A stretch of 49,120 nt of DNA from Chloroflexota bacterium (GTDB lineage: Bacteria; Chloroflexota; Dehalococcoidia; GIF9; UBA5629). Position 1 is the first letter of the stretch. Each line of letters begins with the position of its first letter. The position numbers were made by a program, and so were the translations under genes. The notes under the pieces were generated by a model. That model saw only the letters and a program-made list of their open reading frames with translations. It was not told the DNA's origin and did not search any database. This document shows positions 1 to 7,775 of this stretch, in pieces. The stretch lies in NCBI GenBank assembly GCA_016865895.1, contig VGNY01000003.1, positions 1 to 49,120 of the forward strand, written 5' to 3'.

Positions 1-143
1 CGGCCGGAGTTTCTATCCGATGTATTCTGGGAGAGAATCGTTCGAACCAGCACCGAAATCGGACTCTGCCGCGGCTGCCATTCACGCTTACCATACTCCG
101 CACTCAGTAGCTTGAGAATTTGTCCAACGCTCAGTCTAACCAT
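1..143 (-). CDS. HhH-GPD base-excision glycosylase (endonuclease III-like), 5' part only; runs off the window edge
   Basis: Not in the ORF track. Manual translation from ATG at 143 gives MVRLSVGQILKLLSAEYGKREWQPRQSPISVLVRTILSQNTSDRNSG. LVxTILSQNTSD is the Nth/HhH-GPD N-terminal motif. TGnTATAAT lies just upstream. Confidence 0.8.
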   Translation of the reverse strand, partial: MVRLSVGQILKLLSAEYGKREWQPRQSPISVLVRTILSQNTSDRNSG

Positions 144-175
144 CTCACAATTATTATAACAAGCTTAGCCTCATT

Positions 176-212
176 CCCTCTCCCTCGACGGAAGAGGGCT
201 AGGGTGAGGGTG
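176..212. repeat. Short palindromic intergenic element CCCTCTCCC-N4-GGAAGAGGG-CTAGGGTGAGGGTG
   Basis: Imperfect inverted repeat seen between the divergent nth-like and prs genes. One copy in the window. Confidence 0.55.
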
Positions 213-233
213 GGACACAATAACCCATTTGGT

Positions 234-242
234 GCTATAATT
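234..242 (+). promoter_or_regulatory. Extended -10 promoter (TGcTATAAT) for prs-secA
   Basis: Consensus TGn-TATAAT about 30 nt upstream of the prs ATG. Confidence 0.55.
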
Positions 243-270
243 ATCTCACTAAACCATGATGGGGTGACTA

Positions 271-1209
271 ATGGATGAACTGAAAGTTTTCACCGGCAAC
301 GCTCACCCAGTTCTAGCCCAGGCTATATGTGAATATCTGAGCATACCTCTGGGTAAAGCTGAGGTCTTCGAATTCCGCAACGAGAATATCTTCGTCCGCA
401 TCCTGGAAAACGTCCGTGAACGAGACGTCTTTGTTGTTCAGCCATTATCCTCGCCGGTCAACAAGAACTTAGTAGAACTCCTTATAATGATTGATGCCTT
501 TAAGCGGGCCTCTGCCGGTAGAATCACCGCCGTCATCCCCTACTACGCCTACGGCCGCACCGACAAAAAAGACCAGCCCCGAGTGCCTATCACTGCCAGG
601 CTAATAGCTGACCTACTTACCACCGCTGGCGCCAACCGCCTGCTAACCATAGACCTCCACGCTGCCCAAATTCAGGGCTTTTTCAACATACCGGTTGATG
701 AACTCACCGCTCTGTTTATCCTTAGCGATTACTGGAAACAGAAAGCACTGGATAACCTGGTAGTCGTCGCCACCGACATCGGCATATCAGCGCACGCCCG
801 TGACATGGCAGCCAAGCTTAACGCCCCGCTGGCTATCATCGAAAAGAGGCGAGTAGGTAATGTTGACACCACTGAAACCCTCGACATTATCGGTCAGGTG
901 GAAGGTATGCGTGCCTTAACCATAGACGATGAAATTGATACCGCCGGCTCTCTGGTCGGCGCTGTGAACACTCTATTAGAGCACGGCGCTACCGAAGTCT
1001 ACGCCTCCTGCACCCATCCTGTGTTCTCAGGTCCAGCTAAAGAACGAATAGATAAGTCACAAGTTAAAGAAGTAGTCGTCACCGATAGCCTCCCCGTTGG
1101 CAAAGACAAGATGCTGGACAAAATCACCGTCCTGCCCATAGCTCCGCTCCTCGGCGAAGCCATACACCGCATCCACACCGGCCTATCTATAGGCGCCATG
1201 TTCGAGTAG
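271..1209 (+). CDS. prs: Ribose-phosphate pyrophosphokinase
   Basis: Motifs [22 protein letters not shown] and PRPP-binding [10 protein letters not shown]; 312 aa. Confidence 0.97.
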   Translation: MDELKVFTGNAHPVLAQAICEYLSIPLGKAEVFEFRNENIFVRILENVRERDVFVVQPLSSPVNKNLVELLIMIDAFKRASAGRITAVIPYYAYGRTDKKDQPRVPITARLIADLLTTAGANRLLTIDLHAAQIQGFFNIPVDELTALFILSDYWKQKALDNLVVVATDIGISAHARDMAAKLNAPLAIIEKRRVGNVDTTETLDIIGQVEGMRALTIDDEIDTAGSLVGAVNTLLEHGATEVYASCTHPVFSGPAKERIDKSQVKEVVVTDSLPVGKDKMLDKITVLPIAPLLGEAIHRIHTGLSIGAMFE

Positions 1210-1216
1210 AAAAATT

Positions 1217-3883
1217 ATGCTTAAGTGGCTCGGTAGCCTTGTTGATTCCAACGAAAAAGAACTGAAACGTCTTGAGCCTATTGTAGACGAGATAAACTCG
1301 CTTGAGCCTAATTTCCAGAAACTCAGCGACGCTGAACTCCGCGCTAAGACCGATGAGTTCAAAGCCCGTCTAAAAAATGGCGAGACGCTGGATGATATAC
1401 TGCCTGAAGCCTTCGCCGCCGTCAGAGAAGCCGCCAGACGTACTATAGGTGAACGCCACTTCGATGTCCAGCTTATGGGTGGCATCGTCCTCCACCAGGG
1501 AAAAATCGCCGAGATGAAAACCGGCGAAGGTAAAACCCTGGTTGCCACCCTACCTCTATATCTAAATACCCTCAGCGGCGACGGTTGCCACCTCGTCACC
1601 GTCAACGATTACCTGGCACGGCGAGATGCCTACTGGATGGGACCCATATACCATGCCCTCGGCCTTACGGTCGCCAGCATCTATCCCCCACAGAGCCCCG
1701 CCGAGCACCTGCCAGCTCGCCTTTATGACCCCGACTACACCGATGAAAAGGACACACGCTGGCCCCACTTTCGACCCATCACCCGCCGCCAGGCCTACGA
1801 AGCCGATATAACCTACGGCACCAACAACGAATTCGGCTTCGATTACCTCAGAGACAACATGGCCATAGACCTGTCTCAATATGTCCAGCGTCCGCTTAAC
1901 TACGCCATCGTAGACGAGGTGGATAACATACTTATTGATGAAGCCCGTACGCCGCTAATAATCAGCGGTGCTGCCGAAGAAGCCACTGAAAAATACAACA
2001 TCTTTGCTCGACTGGTCCCCCAGCTCAAACAAGACGAAGACTACACCATTGAAGAAAAGGAACGCCAGACCTACCTAACCGAATCAGGCATGACCAAGCT
2101 GGAAAGATGGCTGCGCCGCGATGGCTTGCTCAAAGCCCCAAGTCTCTATGACCCGGCCAACTACGGTCTCAATCAGTACATGGAAAATGCCTTGAAAGCC
2201 CATGCTCTGTTCAAAAGAGACCGTGACTACGTAGTCAAGGACGGGCAGGTTATCATTGTTGATGAGTTCACCGGCCGGTTGATGTTCGGTCGGAGATACT
2301 CAGAAGGGCTACATCAGGCCATTGAAGCCAAAGAAAGGGTCAAAATTCAGCGTGAAAGCATAACTCTAGCCACCATCACCTTCCAGAATTACTTCCGACT
2401 CTACAAGAAACTGGCTGGCATGACCGGCACCGCCGCCACCGAAGCCGAGGAGTTCCACAAGATTTACAAGCTTGAAGTTGTCGTTATACCCACAAACAAA
2501 CCGATGATTCGCATTGACAACCCCGACCAGATTTACAAGGACGAAGAGACCAAATTCAAAGCTGTCGCCAGGGAGATTGAAAACCTCCACCAGCAGGGCA
2601 CGCCGGTGCTCATCGGCACCGTCTCCATCGAGAAATCCGAGCTTTTAAGCGATATCCTAAAAAGGAGAGGCATACCTCACGAGGTGCTCAACGCTAAAAA
2701 CCATGAGAAGGAAGCCGGCATTATCGCCCAGGCTGGCCGCGTAGGCGCTGTCACCGTGGCTACCAACATGGCCGGGCGTGGTGTCGACATTATACTTGGA
2801 GGTAAAAAGCCTGAAAAACCAAAACGCGAGGATTTCCAGGACGAAGAAGAATGGCAGAAGGAACTCAAAAAATGGCAAAGGGAAGAACGGGAATGGCAGG
2901 AGGAGCATGACAGGATAATTCAGCTCGGCGGTCTTCACGTCGTCGGCACTGAGCGCCACGAAGCCAGACGCATTGATAACCAACTCCGCGGCCGCTCTGG
3001 AAGGCAAGGCGACCCCGGCAGCTCCCGTTTCTACGTCTCGCTGGAAGACGATGTTGTCCGTCGCTTTGGCGGCGACCGCATCAAAGGCTTCATGGACTGG
3101 GCTGGCTTCGATGAAAACACGCCTATCGAGCATTCCATGGTCAGCAAAAGCATAGAAAACGCTCAGGTGAAGGTCGAAGGCTACCACTTCGATATCCGCA
3201 AACACCTGGTTGAATATGACGACGTGGTCAATAAGCACCGCGAGGTAATCTATGCCGAGCGCAGGAAAATCCTTGAGGGCGCTGACCTCAAGGCGAACAT
3301 ACTGTCTATGGTTCGGGGGGAAATCGAAAAAACGGTAGCCGCTCACTGCGGCAGCGAGTTAATGGAGCCAGATTCTGCCGGCTTAATCGAAGACCTTGCC
3401 ACCATTTTCCCACCAACACCTGAACTCAACCCCAACACCCTATCTCAGATGAAGCCAAAACAAATCACTGATAAGTTGATTGACTATGCCGGGCAATTGT
3501 ATGAGCAGCGAGAAAAAGAGATAGGCACTGAAAACATGCGGCTGCTGGAAAGACTGGTGATGCTCCGAGCCATTGACAGCTTATGGAAAGACCACCTCAC
3601 TGCCATGGACCACCTTCGTCAGCAGGCTGGCCTTTTTGCCATGCGGCAGATTGAGCCCATAGTCGTCTACAAAAAAGAAGGCCACGCATTCTTCGAGAGC
3701 CTCATCGCCGGCATCAATTATGAGGTCGTCCACACCATTTACAAGGTCAACATCACCGTCAAAGAAGCCCCCGCTCGGAGGCAACCCCAGAGAGCCGCCG
3801 TCCCCGCCGGCAGAAAAGTCGGCCGCAACGAACCCTGCCCCTGCGGCTCAGGCAAAAAATACAAACACTGCTGCGGCAGATAA
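1217..3883 (+). CDS. secA: Preprotein translocase ATPase SecA
   Basis: Motifs [34 protein letters not shown] and [13 protein letters not shown]; C-terminal SEC-C motif [19 protein letters not shown]. Confidence 0.99.
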   Translation: MLKWLGSLVDSNEKELKRLEPIVDEINSLEPNFQKLSDAELRAKTDEFKARLKNGETLDDILPEAFAAVREAARRTIGERHFDVQLMGGIVLHQGKIAEMKTGEGKTLVATLPLYLNTLSGDGCHLVTVNDYLARRDAYWMGPIYHALGLTVASIYPPQSPAEHLPARLYDPDYTDEKDTRWPHFRPITRRQAYEADITYGTNNEFGFDYLRDNMAIDLSQYVQRPLNYAIVDEVDNILIDEARTPLIISGAAEEATEKYNIFARLVPQLKQDEDYTIEEKERQTYLTESGMTKLERWLRRDGLLKAPSLYDPANYGLNQYMENALKAHALFKRDRDYVVKDGQVIIVDEFTGRLMFGRRYSEGLHQAIEAKERVKIQRESITLATITFQNYFRLYKKLAGMTGTAATEAEEFHKIYKLEVVVIPTNKPMIRIDNPDQIYKDEETKFKAVAREIENLHQQGTPVLIGTVSIEKSELLSDILKRRGIPHEVLNAKNHEKEAGIIAQAGRVGAVTVATNMAGRGVDIILGGKKPEKPKREDFQDEEEWQKELKKWQREEREWQEEHDRIIQLGGLHVVGTERHEARRIDNQLRGRSGRQGDPGSSRFYVSLEDDVVRRFGGDRIKGFMDWAGFDENTPIEHSMVSKSIENAQVKVEGYHFDIRKHLVEYDDVVNKHREVIYAERRKILEGADLKANILSMVRGEIEKTVAAHCGSELMEPDSAGLIEDLATIFPPTPELNPNTLSQMKPKQITDKLIDYAGQLYEQREKEIGTENMRLLERLVMLRAIDSLWKDHLTAMDHLRQQAGLFAMRQIEPIVVYKKEGHAFFESLIAGINYEVVHTIYKVNITVKEAPARRQPQRAAVPAGRKVGRNEPCPCGSGKKYKHCCGR

Positions 3884-3935
3884 ATACCAATATCAAAACT
3901 GTATTGATATTTCTCCAATATTATGATATACTATT
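3827..3935 (+). repeat. Direct repeat copy 1: secA 3' end (58 bp exact, 3827-3884) plus downstream promoter segment
   Basis: AACGAACCCTGCCCCTGCGGCTCAGGCAAAAAATACAAACACTGCTGCGGCAGATAAA is identical at 4568-4625. ATTGATATTTCTCC and TGA(T/C)ATACTA are also shared downstream. Confidence 0.95.
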
Positions 3936-3968
3936 TTTATTATAAAATATATATTAAGAGGGCTTAAA

Positions 3969-4172
3969 ATGAAAACACTAATTGATATACAAGATGACTT
4001 GATGAATGAGCTACTAAAGGAAACGGAGGTCAAAACGAAGAAGGAAGCTGTTATCACTGCCATAAAAACCTATCTCAGCTTAAAAAAGAGGCAGAGGCTG
4101 GCATCGCTCATCGGCAATTATGAATTCGGATACACGGCGCAGGATTTAGAAAGAATGAGGACTGATGGATAA
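3969..4172 (+). CDS. vapB: VapB-family antitoxin
   Basis: 67 aa with an RHH-like N-terminus (MKTLIDIQDDLM...KTKKEAV); overlaps the downstream PIN gene. Confidence 0.85.
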   Translation: MKTLIDIQDDLMNELLKETEVKTKKEAVITAIKTYLSLKKRQRLASLIGNYEFGYTAQDLERMRTDG

Positions 4173-4566
4173 AGTAATAGTTGACACCTCAGCCTGGATA
4201 GAATCTTTTCGTCCCTCAGGTGAAGCCAAGCTAAAAGAAATTCTCAAAGAGTTAATATCCGATGGGGAAATATTCCTACCCGGCATCATAAAAACAGAAT
4301 TACTACGAGGAACAAAGTCAAAGAAAGAATTCCAGATGCTCAATGAGCTCTTAGACAGCCTGACTTACCTCTCTGTAGAAGACGATTTCTGGGGTCGATT
4401 AGCCAAATTCTCCTTTAACCTCCTTCGAGAAGGCATCACCGCCCCTCTAACAGACACCTACATTGCCCTTCTAGCGATCGAAAAAAATGCGCCGCTCCTC
4501 CATCGTGACACCCATTTTGATTTGATAGCCCAGAAAACCGGGCTTAAAATATTGGAAGTTAAATAA
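4165..4566 (+). CDS. vapC: VapC PIN-domain ribonuclease toxin
   Basis: PIN acidic motifs [19 protein letters not shown] and HRDTHF. Confidence 0.92.
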   Translation: MDKVIVDTSAWIESFRPSGEAKLKEILKELISDGEIFLPGIIKTELLRGTKSKKEFQMLNELLDSLTYLSVEDDFWGRLAKFSFNLLREGITAPLTDTYIALLAIEKNAPLLHRDTHFDLIAQKTGLKILEVK

Positions 4567-4567
4567 A

Positions 4568-4677
4568 AACGAACCCTGCCCCTGCGGCTCAGGCAAAAAA
4601 TACAAACACTGCTGCGGCAGATAAAACCTACAGTCTTCAACTTGATTGATATTTCTCCCTACTTCTGACATACTAAT
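4568..4677 (+). repeat. Direct repeat copy 2: orphan secA SEC-C tail plus promoter segment
   Basis: Exact 58-bp match to 3827-3884, starting 1 nt after the vapC stop. It has no start codon of its own. Confidence 0.95.
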
Positions 4678-4766
4678 TCTAATAAACGTGATGGACTTGG
4701 AGAGATTGAGCAATTGACATCTCAACTCCAAGCTGCGGTAGAAAGGAACAGACACAAGGAGGAGAC

Positions 4767-4988
4767 ATGAGCCAAATCAAAGAACCAGCAAAGGTTGAAA
4801 TTAAAGTAGGACTTTCTATCAAAGATTTGATTACCGCTCTCCGAGGATTAAATGACGAGGACAGAGAGTTCTTTATTGAAAACCTCCTAGCTGCAACCAA
4901 TCCTGAATACTTGGAAAGCATTAGAGAAGCAAGAGAGGAATACAAAGAAGGAAGAACCGTTCCCTTTGAAAAGGCGTTCAAGGGATAG
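4767..4988 (+). CDS. Small antitoxin-like protein (orphan, no adjacent toxin)
   Basis: Strong SD AGGAGG. The C-terminus EYLESIREAREEYKEGRTVPFE is typical of RelE/ParE partner antitoxins. Confidence 0.65.
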   Translation: MSQIKEPAKVEIKVGLSIKDLITALRGLNDEDREFFIENLLAATNPEYLESIREAREEYKEGRTVPFEKAFKG

Positions 4989-5043
4989 GTCAAATCTGAA
5001 TGAAGTGATATACTAATCTCAAGTAACCCAAGAGGTAATTGAA

Positions 5044-5268
5044 ATGAAGAATTATCGTTTCTCAATAATCGTAGAAAAGGATGAAGATGGCTATTTCGTC
5101 TATTGTCCAGACCTTCAGGGCTGTTACACACAAGGCGACACTTTCGAAGAGGCTATGGCGAATATAAAGGACGCTATCAAGCTTCACATAGAAGACCGCT
5201 TGGCAAGTAACGAGCCTATCACCACCTCGGAGATTGTCAGCCTCTCCAGCTTAGAGGTAACGGCTTGA
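5044..5268 (+). CDS. hicB: HicB-family antitoxin (short form, orphan)
   Basis: EKDEDGYFVYCPDLQGCYTQGDTFEEAMANIKDAI motif; no hicA ORF next to it. Confidence 0.88.
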   Translation: MKNYRFSIIVEKDEDGYFVYCPDLQGCYTQGDTFEEAMANIKDAIKLHIEDRLASNEPITTSEIVSLSSLEVTA

Positions 5269-5395
5269 GACAGATATTACTGGCGAATAAATTATTGAAC
5301 TGGAAGATATTCAGTTTAGGCTTCATCGTGATTAAGAGCAAGAGATTGAGATAGCATGATATCCGGGCTTTGGCAATTCGATTTTGGAGAGTGGT

Positions 5396-6379
5396 ATGAG
5401 CTATCACATCCTGCTTACTAAACTCGTTAATTTCAAGGTATGTTTAGAAAGAGGAACCTACGGGGGAATCTATTCAACCGGTTCTCCAAAGTCTGAACAA
5501 ATGAACGCCGAGGTCATAGCAGGATTTGCCGGGATCAAAGCAGGCGATTTTGTGTTGTTTTATGTCAAAAATGAGGGGATTTATGGGCTATGGAAAATCA
5601 CAAGCGATCCTTTTTATGATGACGAACCACTCTGGAATGACCCGGACCAAACCTTTCCCTATAGAATTTGTTTTGAACCAGTCGTGCGAGAATTTAGCCG
5701 TCCGATTGCTCTGAGTGACATACTGGATCTCAGGGACAAAGGCAAGATTTGGACATTTGATTTAACGACGTTTACTAAGAAAAGCCACTATCCTATTACC
5801 ACTGAGGAAGGCAAGGAACTAATTCGATTATTGCTCAGGAATAATCCGATTTACGCTCCCCCTAGGCCAATACCGAATCCTTACCTACCAGTGACAACAA
5901 GGCCTTTGCCGATACAATTAGATTATGACAAAAAGGGACGTTTGATTTACGAAGGCTATCTTAACGCTTGGTTTATGCAAGCTTTCGCCAAGGGTAGACT
6001 AAAAGGACTTATTGGCGACTACAGCGATTTCATAAATCACGTCCCAACCTCGTTCAATAAAGTAATGGACATTTTTCTGACCCATGTGACAAATATTGAT
6101 GGAGTTGACATTCTTCATAAATTCACCTGTATTGAACTAAAAACGGGTACTGTAACAGAAGAAGATTTGAATCAGATCGTAATGTATGAGAATTGGCTGA
6201 TAAGGAAACTTGCACAGGGTGATTCAGAAATGGTCCAAAGCATACTCGTTGGTTTTGAGTTCGACGAAAAGGTTCTGAACTATCGGGAGAAAAGAAGAAT
6301 AATTGAAGAAAAGACAGTAAGATTACTGAAATACACAGTGGATAGGGAAAGGCGCCAAATTACTCTCAATGAAGAATAG
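5396..6379 (+). CDS. EVE/PUA-like domain fused to a PD-(D/E)xK (NucS/Mrr-like) nuclease; putative modification-dependent restriction enzyme
   Basis: N-terminal IKAGDFVLFYV...IYGLWKITSDPFYD...FPYRI is EVE-like. C-terminal E...D...ELK...Q...Y appears as YEGYL, VMDIF, IELKTG and NQIVMY. GGAG SD precedes ATG 5396; alternative TTG start at 5384. Confidence 0.7.
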   Translation: MSYHILLTKLVNFKVCLERGTYGGIYSTGSPKSEQMNAEVIAGFAGIKAGDFVLFYVKNEGIYGLWKITSDPFYDDEPLWNDPDQTFPYRICFEPVVREFSRPIALSDILDLRDKGKIWTFDLTTFTKKSHYPITTEEGKELIRLLLRNNPIYAPPRPIPNPYLPVTTRPLPIQLDYDKKGRLIYEGYLNAWFMQAFAKGRLKGLIGDYSDFINHVPTSFNKVMDIFLTHVTNIDGVDILHKFTCIELKTGTVTEEDLNQIVMYENWLIRKLAQGDSEMVQSILVGFEFDEKVLNYREKRRIIEEKTVRLLKYTVDRERRQITLNEE

Positions 6380-6387
6380 GAGGTAGT

Positions 6388-6615
6388 ATGGGAAAATATA
6401 AGTGTTCAATTTGCGGCTATAGTGGAAGCGAGTTGATATTTGAGCTTAACGATTACACCTATTGTCTGGCTTCAAACGAAGAGGATCCTGAATTCATCGA
6501 TAATTGTCCAACTTGGGTAAATGATAATGGACCTGGAGATTCAGAAATTGGCGAACCAGTTGGATGTCCTAAATGTCATGCATGGGGCGTAGATAAGTTC
6601 GAGGCTACTGAGTAA
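6388..6615 (+). CDS. Small acidic Zn-ribbon protein
   Basis: Strong SD AGGAGG; CSIC and CPKC pairs; 75 aa. Confidence 0.7.
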   Translation: MGKYKCSICGYSGSELIFELNDYTYCLASNEEDPEFIDNCPTWVNDNGPGDSEIGEPVGCPKCHAWGVDKFEATE

Positions 6616-6622
6616 GATAGAC

Positions 6623-7261
6623 ATGGCTTGGAAGAGCACGACCATTGACGTATGTAAAGAAGAAGGTCGACAAACCATTGGATACGATATAGCCCCGGCA
6701 CATCCTGAAGTTATACAGAACGATGCTCGGCGTATACCACTTCATGACGACTCTGTGGATATGGTATTCATAGATTCACCCTATTCCGACAACATAAATT
6801 ACTCCGACCACCCAGACTGCATCGGCAAGATTTCGTGTGAGGACGAACGTTTCTTCGAAGAGCTTGACAAAGTTGCGGCTGAGATACACAGGATTCTTAA
6901 GCCTGGCAAAGTAATGGCTTGGCTAATTGGTGACCAATGGGTTAAGAAAAAATTTACAGCCGTAGGCTTCAAATTATATGAGCGCCTGTGTAAATACTTC
7001 GAAACTGTAGATGTTATTTCCATAGTCAGAAGAGGGCAAACTTCAAATACAGGGCTTTGGCACAATAGAGCAAGAAGGTTTAACTTTTATCTCCGCGGCT
7101 TCAAATACCTCTTTATAATGCGCAAGCCCATAATCGAAACTGAGAAAGACGAGCAAAACCGCTCGGTAAAATGGGCTAGATACGAGAGAGGCGAAACGAA
7201 GAAAAGAAGTAAAACCAAAAGTGCTTCTTCAATCACGGCAACCCCGACTGGGAGTGGATAA
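6623..7261 (+). pseudogene. Amino (N4C/N6A-type) DNA methyltransferase, apparently 5'-truncated
   Basis: Motif IV-like DMVFIDSPY and RILKPGK are present. The ORF begins inside motif I (MAWKSTTIDV where DPxxGSGTT is expected). Confidence 0.6.
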
Positions 7262-7325
7262 AGGAACGGATTGAGCATTATAATAAAGTGAGCGAAGCAT
7301 AGATAATTCGGAGAGAATAGAGTTC

Positions 7326-7517
7326 ATGAAACAACCAAAAAGCGAATTCATAACTGACGCCAACGGCAAGAAGAAGGCGGTGATTCTAGATATAAGCCTT
7401 TATCAGGAAATTCTGGAAGACTTGGAAGACCTTCGCCTTTTGGCCGAAAGAAAAGACGAAGCCACAATTCCCCTCAGTGAAGTGGAAAAGAGGCTAAAGG
7501 CACGTGGCCTCCTATGA
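7326..7517 (+). CDS. Antitoxin partner of RelE
   Basis: 63 aa with FITDANGKKKAVILD...LEDLEDL; overlaps the relE start. Confidence 0.8.
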   Translation: MKQPKSEFITDANGKKKAVILDISLYQEILEDLEDLRLLAERKDEATIPLSEVEKRLKARGLL

Positions 7518-7767
7518 AGTCAGAATAACCCACTCAGCAGAGGAAGAGCTTCTTAAGCTTGATAAATCTGTAGTCCCCGCTGTCTGGCAAAAAATAAAGG
7601 CGTTGGCAGAACAACCAAGGCCAAGACAATGCAGAAAGTTGAGAGGGACAGAGAAATCATACCGTCTTAGAGTAAGGGGCTATCGCATTGTCTATACTAT
7701 CGACGACAAGCAAAGACTAGTTACAATCGTAGCCATCCGACATAGAAGGGAAGTATATCGTGGGTGA
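7504..7767 (+). CDS. relE: RelE/ParE-family toxin
   Basis: YRLRVRGYRIVYTIDD...IRHRREVY motif. Confidence 0.9.
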   Translation: MASYEVRITHSAEEELLKLDKSVVPAVWQKIKALAEQPRPRQCRKLRGTEKSYRLRVRGYRIVYTIDDKQRLVTIVAIRHRREVYRG

Positions 7768-7775
7768 GGAGGCCA

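Noticed and set aside
4564-4625. Read-through fusion of VapC to the second SEC-C motif
   Set aside because: The SEC-C codons begin 1 nt out of frame after a TAA stop, and there is no clear recoding signal.
4471-4755. Minus-strand ORFs (4471..4755, 4458..4640), the longer containing [16 protein letters not shown]
   Set aside because: Antisense shadows of the duplicated SEC-C sequence and of vapC.
7235-7261. MTase C-terminus TPTGSG* as a circularly permuted motif I
   Set aside because: It lacks the hydrophobic strand and Asp of motif I and follows a low-complexity tail; probably coincidence.
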